This document shows, piece after piece, positions 1-12,320 of a stretch of 64,000 bases of DNA (position 1 is the stretch's first letter; each line of letters opens with the position of its first letter). Under the pieces are notes generated by a model that saw nothing but the letters and a program-made list of their open reading frames with translations, was not told the origin of the DNA and ran no database searches. The stretch comes from Eledone cirrhosa (taxonomy: Eukaryota). The stretch is taken from contig OZ024741.1 of the NCBI GenBank assembly GCA_964016885.1, forward strand, positions 41,478,001-41,542,000, written 5' to 3'. The position numbers were made by a program, and so were the translations under genes.

Positions 1-1710
1 AATAAATGGGAGAAAGACAGTCTCCCCCACATCGACCCAATAGAGGGACCAGCAGTGTTAGTCGAGGGTAGTATAATAAGTAAGGCAATCAAAGATGTGA
101 AGATGGGTAAGGCAGCTGGGCCTTCGGAAATAGTTGCCGAGATGCTAATGGCATCTGGTACGGTGGGACGCACCATGGTCACCCGGATAGTTAACCAAGT
201 CGTACAGAATGGGGTTGTTCCGAAGGACTGGCGTAGCAGCATCATCGTTAACTGTTATAAGGGTAAAGGAGATGCCCTAGATAGGAGTCACTATAGAGGC
301 ATTAAATTAATCGACCAGATCATGAAGGTCACGGAAAAAGTAATAGCGCAACTAATCAGAGAGAGAATTGATCTAGATGAAATGCAGTTCGGGTTTGTGT
401 CAGGCAAAAGTACCACAGACGCTCTTTTCATTGTACGACAACTACAGGAGAAGTACCTAGCTAAAAGTAAACCCCTATACTTAGCTTTTGTCGACTTGGA
501 GAAAGCCTTCGACAGAGTCCCCCGTTCCATTATCTGGTGGGGTCTTAGAAAACTAGGTGTTGATGAATGGCTTGTGAGAGCTATACAAGCCATGTATAAA
601 GAAACAGTCAGCAAGGTTAGAATTAACAACGAATATAGTGAAGAGTTTAGCGTAAAAGTTGGCGTCCATCAGGGCTCTGTTCTCAGCCCCCTACTATTTA
701 TTATTGCCCTTCAGGCTATAACAGAGGTGTTCAAGACCGGTTGGGAACTCCTATACGCAGATGACCTAACACTCATAGCTGAATCAATGGCCGAGCTAGA
801 GAAGAAATTCCAAACATGGAAGCACGGCCTAGAATCAAAAGGCCTTAAAATTAACCTGGCTAAGACTAAAGTTCTAGTTTGTAAGAAAGAAAATAAGGCG
901 GCGGTCCCTTCCGGGAAGTGGCCATGCTCAGTGTGTAGGAAAGGCGTAGATAGAAACTCCATTTTGTGTCCCAAATGCAAAGTATGGGTGCATAAAAGAT
1001 GTAGTGGGATCACAGGTAAGCTAACTAAGAACATAGATTTTACATGTGGCCGGTGCTCTGGTGCAATAAGTAGCAGCAAGTGCCCAGAAAATACTAGCTC
1101 CTTCAACTGCGCAGAGGGTTCTATAGAAATAGTGGACAGCTTCCGTTACCTGGGTGACAAATTCAGCAGTGGGGGACGGTGCTCTGAAAGTACAGTAGCT
1201 AGAGTCAGAACTGGATGGAAAAAGTTCAGAGAGCTTATACCACTATTGGCCGCTAAAGGGTTCTCTCTAAAAATGAAAGGCAGGTTGTACGATGCCTGCA
1301 TACGAACAGCAATGTTGCATGGCAGTGAGACCTGGGCATTGTGTGCAGAGGATATACGCAGACTAGAGAGAAACGAAGCTTGCATGCTCCGCTGGATGTG
1401 TAATAGTAATATACGTGAACGGCAAAGCATAAACGAACTAAGGAAAAAATTAGAAATAAGAGGGATCAGATGTTGTTTACTCGAGAGAAGGCTACGTTGG
1501 TATGGTCACGTGATGCGCATGAAGGACGATAGCTGTATAACAAAGTGCAGGGCAATAAAGATAGACGGTAGCCACGGAATAGGCAGACCCAGAAAAACCT
1601 GGGACGAGCTGATAAATTCCGACCTCACACACTTACACCTCTCCAAGACAATGTCACTGGACTGAGATCTTTGGCGGTACTCAGTAATAGAGAAGACCCG
1701 CCTTACCTAA
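1..1710 (+). pseudogene. LINE ORF: reverse transcriptase with inserted PHD finger, slightly decayed
   Basis: ORF 55..1665 has motifs YRGIKL, QFGF, FVDLEKAFDRV, GVHQGSVLSP, YADD, FRYLG. Versus the 62-64 kb copy it has a 2-codon deletion (KTG--WELL vs KTGCPWELL) and CGA>TGA at 1663-1665, 15 codons before the normal stop. Confidence 0.9.
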
Positions 1711-2187
1711 ATACAAAGTAAAACCTACTACAGTCAGTAGGCATCTCTAACAAAATACACCCCCGTCCCACCACCCCCACCCCATCCACACCACCCCTTT
1801 CAATGTAAAATTATGTTGGTGCCACAACATCCAGGCCGAAACAAATGAGATCGTGTAGGTGTCATGTAATGTGGCCGTGTAGGCAACATGGTAAAAACCT
1901 CCCAGCCCCACACTGTAAATGTGGTTGGTGTTAGGAAGGGCATCCAGCTGTAGAAAACCCGCCAGACAGTCCACGCTGTAATGTGGCCGTGTAGGCAACA
2001 CGGTAAAAACCTCCCAGCCCCACACTGTAAATGTGGTTGGTGTTAGGAAGGGCATCCAGCTGTAGAAAACCCGCCAGATCCTATGCGAGCAAGATAATCA
2101 CTCTTGCCTCAAGTGGGAAAACCCCCGTCCAAACCCATGCAAGCGTGGAACACGGACGTTAAACGTTGATGATGATGATGATGATGA
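1..2187 (+). mobile_element. RTE-clade non-LTR retrotransposon (LINE family A), 3' half with 3' UTR and (GAT)n tail; runs off window start
   Basis: RT ORF with RTE-type C-terminus (RRLRWYGHVMRM...GRPRKTW), ~470-nt 3' UTR containing a 112-bp internal duplication, tail GACGTTAAACGTT(GAT)n at ~2155-2187. Confidence 0.93.
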
Positions 2188-2740
2188 CTTCTCTAATGTA
2201 CATAGTTAGTATAGTTTCTTATAGTTGCACAGCTTAACTCTCAATAAATTCTTCCAAATTTTAAACCGTGAGTGTGTGGGGAGGGGTGTTACAGTTCTTT
2301 AGCTGATACTGTGTTACTAGACTTGCTATTGTTATTGTTAAATGAAAAGTTATATATCTGATAGAAAAGCTTTAAATACTATAAATGCAAACCAAGGAAA
2401 CTATGTTTCCTTTGGTCTATCCAATAGCTGATACCATCTTTCAGTTGCAATTCTTGCCAAACGTGTTATATGCATCTCTCTCTCTCTCTGGAAACACGAG
2501 GTGGGATTGGTGCTGAAAATACACAGAGCTGAACCACATAAAATATAAGGCATTGAGTCTGACACTTTAACCAATCTGTTCCTTGACTGATATTTTATCA
2601 ACCGAAAGTGGAAGAAGATCAAAGATGACCATGATGAGATTTGAACTTTGAGCATAGAGAATCAGTAGGACAAATACCACAGAGTATTCTTTCCAATTCT
2701 CTAAAGATTCTACTAATTTATCATCTTAGATTGTGTAAAC

Positions 2741-3207
2741 CAGGGGTCAGAAAATTTGGGCTGTGCGGGCCACATAGCTATGCAGTGCCTCGTCAGCAGA
2801 CCACATTGCTATGCACTGTCTCGTCAGTGGGCCATGATATCAAAATATAATAAATTTTCTCAACCTCAGACTGCTCTATCCAGAAGGCTACCTTAATCCT
2901 GATATTACTTAAATGACATTCCTTATTACAAATAAAATACAGATAGAAATGGTAAATTGTTTAATGAGATACTATCTGTTTGAGTTTGAGTGTTTTTTAC
3001 TGTCACACAAAATATTATGTTCAGCTGTCACACTGTCACACAAAATATTATGTTCAGTCTTGTGGCTAGACATGTTCTCAAGTTGGTATTCTAATCCAAA
3101 ATAATTCAGAGCACTTTTTAAGGGATCGATTAGCTTAAGATTGAACTTGTTGGCGGACCAGACACAAATCCGCATCTGGCCGAAAGGCCGAGGGTTGCCG
3201 AACCCTG
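2741..3207. mobile_element. Non-autonomous hAT (Charlie-like) MITE
   Basis: Ends CAGGGGTCAGAAA / GTTGCCGAACCCTG; 8-bp TSD GTGTAAAC (2733-2740) / ATGTAAAC (3208-3215); GGGCC-rich subterminal motifs. Confidence 0.75.
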
Positions 3208-3231
3208 ATGTAAACTATTAAAATATAGGAC

Positions 3232-3962
3232 TAACCCTTCTGATAATAAACTCTCAGAAACTGCCCCTCATTCTATGATAGTAGGTTTGTTTCGTTTAAG
3301 ATGTTCATATTTAAATTTAAAACTTCCATCATAATTTTCTTACGTTTCAAACCTCAATTTAAAAATGAAAACTGTTAGTTATAAGCTTCCAAAATTCTTG
3401 ATTATTTTCAAAATTAATTGAAAATCATAGATAGTAGATTTTATTAAAAATATGGTAATGAAAGGGTTAAAGTGTGCATATTTCTTCATAGTTAAATTTA
3501 AAACTTTTATTATTTTATGTTTCAAACACCAACTTAATAATGAGAAAAGTATGTTATATTACTAAATCTTTCCAAATTCTTGATTATTTTCAAAATGAAT
3601 TGAAAATCATAATGTATTTTATAAGAAATATGGTAATGAAAATGTTAAAGTGTTCATATTTCAAATTAAACATCGAAATTCTTGAATATTTTAAAACTTA
3701 ATTGAATAGTATAGGCAGTGTCTTTCATTAGAAATATAGTCATGAAAAGGATAATAATGAAAAAGTGAGTTATATTACTAAATCCTTCAAAACTCCTGAT
3801 TATCTTGAAAATTAAATAAAAATATTAGACAGTGACGTTTATGAGAAATATGGGAATTAAAAAGTTTATAATGAAAAAGTTAGTTATATTACTAAGTCCT
3901 TCAAAATTAATTGAAAACCATAAAACAGATTTTATTAGAAATATGGTAATGAAAGGGTTAAA
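3232..3962. repeat. Decayed piggyBac-like MITE with tandemly reiterated right end
   Basis: Begins TAACCCTTC; the motif ATATGGTAATGAAAGGGTTAA and its upstream AT-rich segment recur about 5 times (~3450, 3630, 3735, 3848, 3943); same family as 44675-45112. Confidence 0.55.
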
Positions 3963-4213
3963 TACAGTATTTAAAACTATAGCAAATTCTAAAGGTGAAG
4001 AAGGTTATAGAAGCCAATCTCTAAATATTGACTAGACTGCCCTATACATGTTTGTATTACAGAAGTGCCTGTCTGAAATATCCTCATCAGGGAACAACAT
4101 ACCATTAAATGTAACACTCTTCTCTGAAGTAATATGTCTACTTTCACTTTAATATCTCACAAAGCAGTTATATGATAACAATTAACCATTAACTTCATAA
4201 TATCCCCCACTAG

Positions 4214-4257
4214 TTCTCTCTCTCTCACACACACACTCTCTCTCTGTTACACATATG

Positions 4258-4294
<37 letters not shown>

Positions 4295-4900
4295 GCACGC
4301 TCTCTCTCAAACACACTCACCCTCTCTCTCTCACACATACCCTCTCTCTCACACACACACTCACCCTCTCTCTCTCTCACACACACACATACACACACGC
4401 TCTCTCACACACACTCACCCTCACACACACACTCTCTCTATCTTACACACACACTCCCTCTCCCACTCACACATACACACACTATCTTACACACTCTCTC
4501 TCTCTCCCTCTCTCTTACACACACACTCTCTCTCTCCTTCTCTCACACACAGCACAAGACATGAATATATCTATTTTTATGGCTTTTCTGCTTTTATATA
4601 CCTATATGGATATATAAGAGTATATATGCTTATTTCATTATATGTGTGCATGTGTGTGTGAGTGAGTGTGTGTGTGTGTGTGGGTGTGTGTGTGAGTGTG
4701 TGTGAATGTTTGTGTGTGAGTGTGTGTGCGTGAGTGTGTGTGTGCGTGCGAGCGAGTGTGTGTGTGTGAGTGCGAGCGAGTGTGTGAGTGTGTGTGTGAG
4801 AGTGTGTGTGTGAGTGTGTGTGTGAGTGAGTGAGTGAGTGTGTGTGAGTGAGTGTGTGTGTGTGATTGTGAGTGTGTATGTGTGTGCGTGTGTGTGTGCA
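4214..4900. repeat. (CT/CA)n and (GT/GA)n compound microsatellites
   Basis: Directly visible low-complexity dinucleotide tracts. Confidence 0.95.
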
Positions 4901-5504
4901 TGTATCTGTTTTTATAAATATGCTTGTGTTTGCCTATATGTATATATACAAATGCCTACTTTTATATATGCATGTGTACATATACATATTAGTGCATGTG
5001 TACATATATACATATACAGTAGAACTGTCAATATTTACACACAAACCTCATGTATAGTTGCTTACTTCATGAATTAATGGTTACTGCAAAGACTATACAG
5101 TTCAAATAATGTCTGTTATATGGATGTATTTCGTTTCTTATAAGACTTTACAGCTATCTTTGTTGAAAATTATAAGGATTAAAGATTTAGTCTTCTTCAG
5201 TTATCAATTTGATATGAAATTTATAACTATAAACACACCCAAAACATAGACAATAAATCTGGTTTATAATGTTTACTTATGGAATGTATGAGCATGGTGT
5301 GGTGCAAGACATGTCTAAGATGGCAGTAATTTCAAATATTTTCATGACTGGCATGATTGGGAGAAATAAAGTTCTCTATTATTGATCTAACTGATACTGG
5401 TTCCAGTGCCATCAAAGGTATTGTACATAGAATCGTGAAATCGTGTTCTATTTTCCACCTACAACCTAAATGAAAAATGGTCTTCATTATTGTTTATTGA
5501 TTCA

Positions 5505-5697
5505 GGGCAGTGGATTGGCAGTATCGGTAGTAGGTCAGACACCTTGCTTTGCAGCATAGAGTTATGGCCCTTTATGATCTGAGTTCAAATCTCACCAAGG
5601 TTAACTTTGCCTTTCATCATTACGGGGTCGTTAAAATAAAGTACCAGTAATGCACTGGGATAATTGTTGGCCTTGTGCCAAAAAATAGAAACAATCA
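5505..5697 (+). mobile_element. tRNA-derived SINE family 1
   Basis: A-box-like TGGCAGTATCGG, B-box GAGTTCAAATC, core GCCTTTCATCxTTACGGGGTCG...AAAATAAAGTACCAG, tail GGCCTTGTGCCAAAA.TAGAAAC; many copies in the window. Confidence 0.85.
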
Positions 5698-5889
5698 TTG
5701 TTTATTGATTCAAGTAGTTAATGGATGTTTTTCCAATTTAACAAAGAGTCTTCCAGTTGTGTGGCATGAGACTAACAAGCTCCGAGGAACAAAGACCATT
5801 GTAGTAATAGTAGACAATGCAAAGAGATGAAGTTAGCTAAGACTTGGAATTCCTTTTAATTCCCATAATTAGTGTGCTATGAAATACAT

Positions 5890-6375
5890 CTCAACACTTC
5901 TTTACCCACATATTCCTGAGAGGGTCGTGGGGGCAGAGTCCTCAAACACTCCTTCCAGCAGGTCCTGTCAGAAGCAACCAACTCCAACTGATCCAGCTGG
6001 ATCCACAAGCAAGACCGGCCAGATTCATGGATGTTATCCCACCATCTTGCTCGGGGTCTACTCCTGGGTCTCCTACCAGTTGGTTGTGCCAGTAAAATCT
6101 GTTCAGCAATTCTTTCCTGAGACATTCTAACCACTTGCCCATAGTATCGGAGCCGTGATCTCCAAATCGAAGAAGTAGCAGCTGTACCTGGAGTGCCTCT
6201 CTAATCTTTGAACTACGCACTCTATCGAGTAACATTACTCCAAAGACACATCAGGGGAACCCCATTTCGGACACTTGTATTCGAGATCATATTCTTTCGG
6301 TCATTACCCAAGATTCATGACCATAGGTAAGGGTTCGCATGAATACCAAATTTGAAGATAGTGAGTTTGGCTTTT
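5890..6375 (-). mobile_element. Decayed RTE (Rex3/Expander-like) LINE 3' fragment
   Basis: Broken translation includes TLTYGHESWVMT and VVRMSQERIAEQILLAQPTGRRPRSRPRARWWDNI; homologous to 15485-15945 and 41350-41800. Confidence 0.8.
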
Positions 6376-6407
6376 AAAGCAACACTATTTCTGATATTAA
6401 TCTAGAC

Positions 6408-6570
6408 CAGACATGGGCAACTTTTTCGAGCAGTGGGCCACATAGGATGTGGCTCATCAAAAGGTGGGCTGCACTACTAAAAAATTCAAGGTAATTTTGA
6501 AATTAGGCTTGCCATACAGAAAGTCAAATGAGTCGCATGTGTCACATGGGCTACAGTTTTCCCATAACTG
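6408..6570. mobile_element. hAT (Charlie-like) MITE, 163 bp
   Basis: Perfect 8-bp TSD ATCTAGAC (6400-6407, 6571-6578); imperfect TIRs CAGACATGGGCAACT / AGTTTTCCCATAACTG. Confidence 0.85.
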
Positions 6571-6902
6571 ATCTAGACTATATATATTTACCAGTATAAT
6601 TTACTGTAATTAATTGCCCCCACCGCTTTATTTATTTTAGAGATCATTCAGGGTTCTGCTACTGATACGATACTCTGGATTGTACTTTGAATTTCAGCGC
6701 CTCAAAAAATAAACATCTATGTTATAGTCAACTCCAGAAAATTAGTCAAAAGTTGGGTTTAATCTTTTTTACTTTTGTAATTTATGAGCATGGTGTGATC
6801 CCAGGCTTGTCTAGGATGGCAGTAATTCCAAATATGTACTAACATGGACTGTATTGACCTATCTCACCCATATCAGTACAGAAAGCAAACAAAAAAAATA
6901 AC

Positions 6903-7112
6903 GGTTTCTGATTTAGGCACAAGGCCAGCAATTTTGGGGTAGGGAATGTTGATTAAATCAACCCCAGTGCGTGATTGGTGCTGTATTTTATCGACCCCCG
7001 TAAGGATGAACGACAAAGCTAACCTCAGCAGGATTTGAATTCAGAACGTAAAGGGCCGTAACTCTATGCCGCAAAGCATATTATGTAAAGCTCTATCAAT
7101 ACTGCCAATCCA
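6903..7112 (-). mobile_element. SINE family 1 (long-tail variant)
   Basis: Reverse complement of the SINE core and B-box (TTTTATCGACCCCCGTAAGGATGAA...GGATTTGAATTCAGAAC). Confidence 0.8.
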
Positions 7113-7927
7113 AAAATTATAATGACGTAGTATATACAGTCTATCTTTTAAATATTTCAGCACAGTATGAACCTCAGACAATTCTTTCATTTTTCTGTCC
7201 ATCTAACAAAAAACAAACTATTCCTCTCCAAAAAGAATTTAATTAACACTACTTTTCTAATTTCTGTCCTCTGAGAATATGTTTTGTTGCATTTTTGTTT
7301 CCCACTAGAGCCCATAGCAACAACCTTTTCACTATCTCATATAACTGTACACTATCCTACATACAACATATATCTAAAAGTATACACACTTATATAAATA
7401 GAATTTGTATTCCTTTTATAGTAACAAGGATGAAGACTTATTTACTATATTCTCTTAAAATTATTAAATATATATATATCATCATTATTTAACGTCCATT
7501 ATATATATGTATTTTTTTTTACTTCCAAACACTCGTTTTATGATTTTTACATCTATTTTTATCAACGTTAACATTACAAATTGGTTGTACAGGCATATTG
7601 TATCTGCTTATTATCCTATTTTTCTATTTTATTAATTCTAGCATCACAAATTGACAAGATCTGATAAATTGGAAATTTGCACATGAACTATCATACATCT
7701 ATTTCTTGGATATATTTTTTTAATTCTCTCTCGACAACATTTAAAAAAATATTTTTCCTTATAGATTTATATTTTTTAATAAAAAAACAACCTAACTTTA
7801 AAAGTGTGAATGCTATCATATTCTTAAAGCTAAGTTCACCGTGTTAAATAGGGCGAGGTAATTTGTCACCTCTGTTCCAACTTTCACTTGCAAAAGAATG
7901 ATACTACAAAATTTTGAACACCAAAAT

Positions 7928-8111
7928 AATTGTTTCTACTTTTAGCACGAGGCCAGCAATTATCCCAGTGCATTACTGGTACTTTATTTTATCGACCTCG
8001 TAAGGTTGAAAGGCAAAGTTAACCTCGAAAGGATTTGAACTCAGACCGTAAAGGGACCTAACTATGCTGCAAAGCATGGCGTCCGACCCTCTACCGATAC
8101 TGCCAATTCAC
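7928..8111 (-). mobile_element. SINE family 1
   Basis: Full-length reverse-complement match to the copies at 5505 and 36782. Confidence 0.85.
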
Positions 8112-9234
8112 AAAATAATACAAGCATTTTAAAGCCACGTTCCCAGGTTAAACAGGAATTAGCTTTATAGGGCATCATGAAATATCAAACTCACCATGGG
8201 TTAATTTTGAGGCTATGTTTCATGGTTGAATACAGTTATTAGTTCCTTTTAGTCATCTCTTACAACACACTAGGATACAGTATTCTTATTCTATAATAAA
8301 TTGATTACACACCTAACTGTAAAGTGTGAATGTTATAATAGTTTTGCACCCTCTCGTTACATATGAGTAACAAAAATAACAAATAAGATTATGATGAAAG
8401 GTTTTTAGATAAATACAAACATTTTAAAACAAGCAGCTTTGTATCAGAGAACCAGAGATGGTTTCAGGCAGTTTGGTTTGAAAAGTGTTAAGCTGATGAT
8501 TGGAATATAAAGGGTTTACATGAAAGTATGACTGTAAGATGTTAAAGAAATGTAAATACTTTAGAATAAGCAGTTTTGTATCATAAAACTGGGGGTTGCT
8601 TCATATGGCTTGGTATGAAAAATGCAAAGCTGGTATTTGGAGCAAAACTTAAGAAAGGTTCTTACATAAAATCATGATGGAAGGGTTTTAGATAAATATA
8701 TACACTTTAAAATAAGCTACTTTATATCACAGGAACAGAAGCAGTTTCAAGGGGCTTGCTATGGAAAGGGTTAAAGTGGTGTTTGGAACATAACACAAGT
8801 TCTTATATATGTTGGAAGGATTTTAGATAAATATAAGCCGATGTGAATCATAAGTCTAGAGGCAGCTTCAAGAGTTTTGATATCAAAACTTCACTGTGTA
8901 AAACAGAGTGAAGTAAAATGTCTCTCTTGTATCTTCTGCCACTGACACAAAGATGGTATGACTAAAATTTGAACTTCACCCATGGAGAATGTAATAGAAA
9001 ACTTGCTCAATGATGTAGAACTAGACATAGATGTCAAATTAAGTACATCGTAATAAGCTATGTGTCACATAACATTATAGAAATACTTTGAAAGAAATGA
9101 TATATGATAGGACAAATTTTAATAAACATGGTTAAATGAATGAATCTGAAGATATTGTTCATATGTGATGGAATGAACTGTATTCTTCAATACTGTCTTG
9201 TTGTTATGACTGGTGAAGAGAGCAAACAAACACA

Positions 9235-10088
9235 ATGGATGGTGATGATGGAGATGGTGGTGGTCGTGGTGGTGGTGATGGTGGCAGTGGTGGTGGTGAT
9301 GGAGATGGTGGCAGTGGTGGTGGTGATGGAGATGGTGGTGGTGGAGATGGTGGTGATGGTGGTAGTGGAGATGGTGGTGATGGTGGTGATGATGATAGAG
9401 ATTGTGGTGGTGGTGGTGGTGATGATGATGGAGATGGTGGTGGTGGCAGTGGTGGTGGCAGTGATGGTGGTGGTGGTGGAGATGGTGGTGGCAGTGGTGG
9501 TGGTGGTGGTGATGGTGAGCATGACGATGACAGTGAAGATGATGATGATAATATTTCTACTTTTGGCACAAGGCCAGCAATTACCCCAGTTCATTACTGG
9601 TACTTTATTTTATCAACCCCCGTAAGGATGAAAGGCAAAGTTAACCTCGGTGGGATTTGAACTCAGAACGTAAATGGACATAACTCTGTGCTGCAAAAGC
9701 ATGGTGTCTGACACTTTACTGATACTGCCAAACCACCATATATGATGATGAATGGGTTTTAGTGGTGGTGGCAGTGGTGGTAAAGATGATGATGGAGATG
9801 GTGGTGGTGGTAGAGATGATGGAGATGGTGGTGGTGGTGGTGGTGGTGGTAGAGATGGAGATGGTGGTGGTGGTAGAGATGATGGAGATGGTGGTGGTGG
9901 TGGTGGTGGTAGAGATGATGGAGATGGTGGTGGTGGTGGTGGTAGAGATGGAGATGGTGGTGGTGGTAGAGATGATGATGAGCATCATGATGATATTGAA
10001 GAACATAATAGTAATGATGGGTGGTGGTGGTGTTTGTGATGGTGGTGTTTCTGGTGGTGGTGGTGGCGATGGTGGTGGTGGTGGTGGT
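9235..10088. repeat. (GGT/GAT)n trinucleotide tracts interrupted by a minus-strand family 1 SINE (~9553-9738)
   Basis: Visible triplet repeats explain the poly-V/G/T/P/H ORFs; SINE core at ~9600-9670. Confidence 0.9.
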
Positions 10089-10289
10089 CAACATATAGCC
10101 AGCTTAATATAAGGTGTATGAACTAGTGTAATGAACCTAATTAATAAACCTCTAACAAAATTAACTATTACTATCTAGTTTGGTCTCTAGCCCATTACTA
10201 TTTCATTTACTCTGATAATTCAATCAATTCTACATAAACATAGACTGGGCCTGGATCTTCTGAGACTTTATATAATGTATTTTTATACG

Positions 10290-10490
10290 GCCAGCTACAT
10301 TTTTCAATCTGTGGCTTTCGAGACGTTTGGGGAGTTGGGCCGCTGACTGCGATGTTCCTCTCTTCACTGGCAGCTCGCTTAATAGAGGTAACAGGTGAAT
10401 CTCACGAGGGTGCTTGGTTGTTCAGCGCATTAGCCTTGCCATCATTCGAGGCAACGCTGCGAGTGTGCTGGCTTGCCTCAAAAATCATTA
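10290..10490 (+). pseudogene. Relic of the C-terminal restriction-like endonuclease domain of a CRE/R2-group non-LTR retrotransposon
   Basis: Frameshifted translation YIFQSVAFETFG...FLSSLAARLIEVTGESHEGAWL.QRISLAIIRGNAASVLA fits the F-x-P-x-A-x-E-T-x-G ... QR-x-S-x-A-xx-RGNA signature. Confidence 0.7.
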
Positions 10491-11283
10491 GAGAGGTTGC
10501 CCAGTACTCCTCGCGACGTTGCTGTCTTTTACTTTGGTGTTGGCTCTGTTGTTCACCCCTTCCTTTACATTTTCTTTAATATTGTAACATTAAAAGAATA
10601 TATCTTTCTTCTGGCAACACGATGTTATACAGAGGTGACCAGCTCGGAATGATCTCTTTTTTATACGTACAAGGCTGGAAAATGTTTTTTTGTTGGCTTA
10701 TTTTTGTTAAATTCAATAAAGCTGTAAAAAAATCTTAACATTCTGTTTCACACGAAACCTCACCTAATGTAAGGGAGATATCTCTCACCCCTAAATCATC
10801 ATTTTCCTAAGTTTTCTCAATCCTCTGAGGTGAGTATACTATCAATAGTTTCCAGGTTTTTCTATCAAAATATTTTAACTCACAACAAAAAGCACTGAGT
10901 CCATCATGTAAGGTGGTAGTGTTGAGGCCATGAAAAATCACAACACACACATACATACGTAGATAAATACATACATACACACATACACACACATAAATAC
11001 ATAGAGATGTACATAAATATATGCATACATACATACACACACACATAAAAACACATCCTTTAAAACCCTCTTGCTTCCCAAAATTCGCCAAAACTACACC
11101 CGATGTACCCCTTCCATACACATGCACACATGTGTATATCATGACTCATGCACTGTTCATTTTCCTGACGTTTGTACATTACCCTATGTAGTATACATAC
11201 ACTTTTTGATGAGTTGTAGTGCACCTGAGCACTGTACACAATATTTTCATTATTATCATGAATAAATACATACATTCATACAC

Positions 11284-11328
<45 letters not shown>

Positions 11329-11769
11329 TAAATACATAAATACACACACACACACACACATAAAAATCATACATACATACAAAAATCATACATATATACA
11401 AAATCATGCATATATACATACAAAAATCATACATATATACATACAAAAATTATGCATAGCCACACATTCAGAGATTAAACTGATAAAAGAACCCATACAT
11501 ATTCATGTACAATTACATACACACACATACATTTACATCCACACAGATACACACAGATTAAATAGTGACTTTAAAAAACTAATAGATTGTCAGATACATA
11601 CACACACATACATATGTAGGTACAGACATACATAGATACATATATACATACATATATACACACACAGACACATAGATACAAACATATATAGATACATATA
11701 TATGTACATACACATATATACACACACACATAGGTACGAACATACATATATACATATATACATATATAC

Positions 11770-12320
11770 ATGGTGGCTGCCAACTCGTTTTCGAGTACGG
11801 CCACTACTTTATATCCATGTAGGAGAAACCCTACCAATGTGCTGAACGAGTGTGGCTTTTTAGTCCAGCCAGCGACATGAAAACTCTGGTACAAACACTA
11901 CACTTGTGACAATTATTGACACATAGTGCTGTGCCCATGGTACCATGTGACGACAAGTGCAGAGAGATCTCCAGATATAAAGCAATGCCTGTGCCATGAA
12001 GCTTTTATGGTGAGCAAAGGCACTGCACAAAGCCAGTCCCACTCTCTTAACCAAGATGATATTTACCAAAAAGAAGAACAAGTCAACATCATTGGATACC
12101 ACAGGTGTTATATCAGAGTTTTCCTTCTCCTAGAATTCTGCCTTGACAAAGGCTAAGGGGTCATCTCTCCCGGTGATTTTGGATGGCCATTGACTCTTAA
12201 GAGCTCCTTTGCCCTTTGACAGGTTTTGTTTTTAGTCCTGCGGGATGTCCAAAGTCACCCTCCTCACCAAGAAACCTTGGTGGGGCTGCCAGTTTAATCG
12301 CCAACGACCCGACCATGAGA
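11770..12320 (-). mobile_element. Probable 5' UTR fragment of an RTE-type LINE, embedded between (CA/TA)n tracts
   Basis: GC-richer island; the minus strand has TTAAACTGGCAGCCCCACC...GGTGAGGAGGG and CTAGGAGAAGGAAAACTCTG, motifs I recall from RTE 5' regions; no ORF follows. Confidence 0.4.

Noticed and set aside
291-1430. Minus-strand ORFs within the LINE (also 62359-63819 and 51784-53040)
   Set aside because: Antisense shadows of the RT/APE frame with no recognisable motifs
9140-10112. Gly/Asp-, Pro-, Thr- and His-rich ORFs
   Set aside because: Trinucleotide microsatellite open in most frames and interrupted by a SINE
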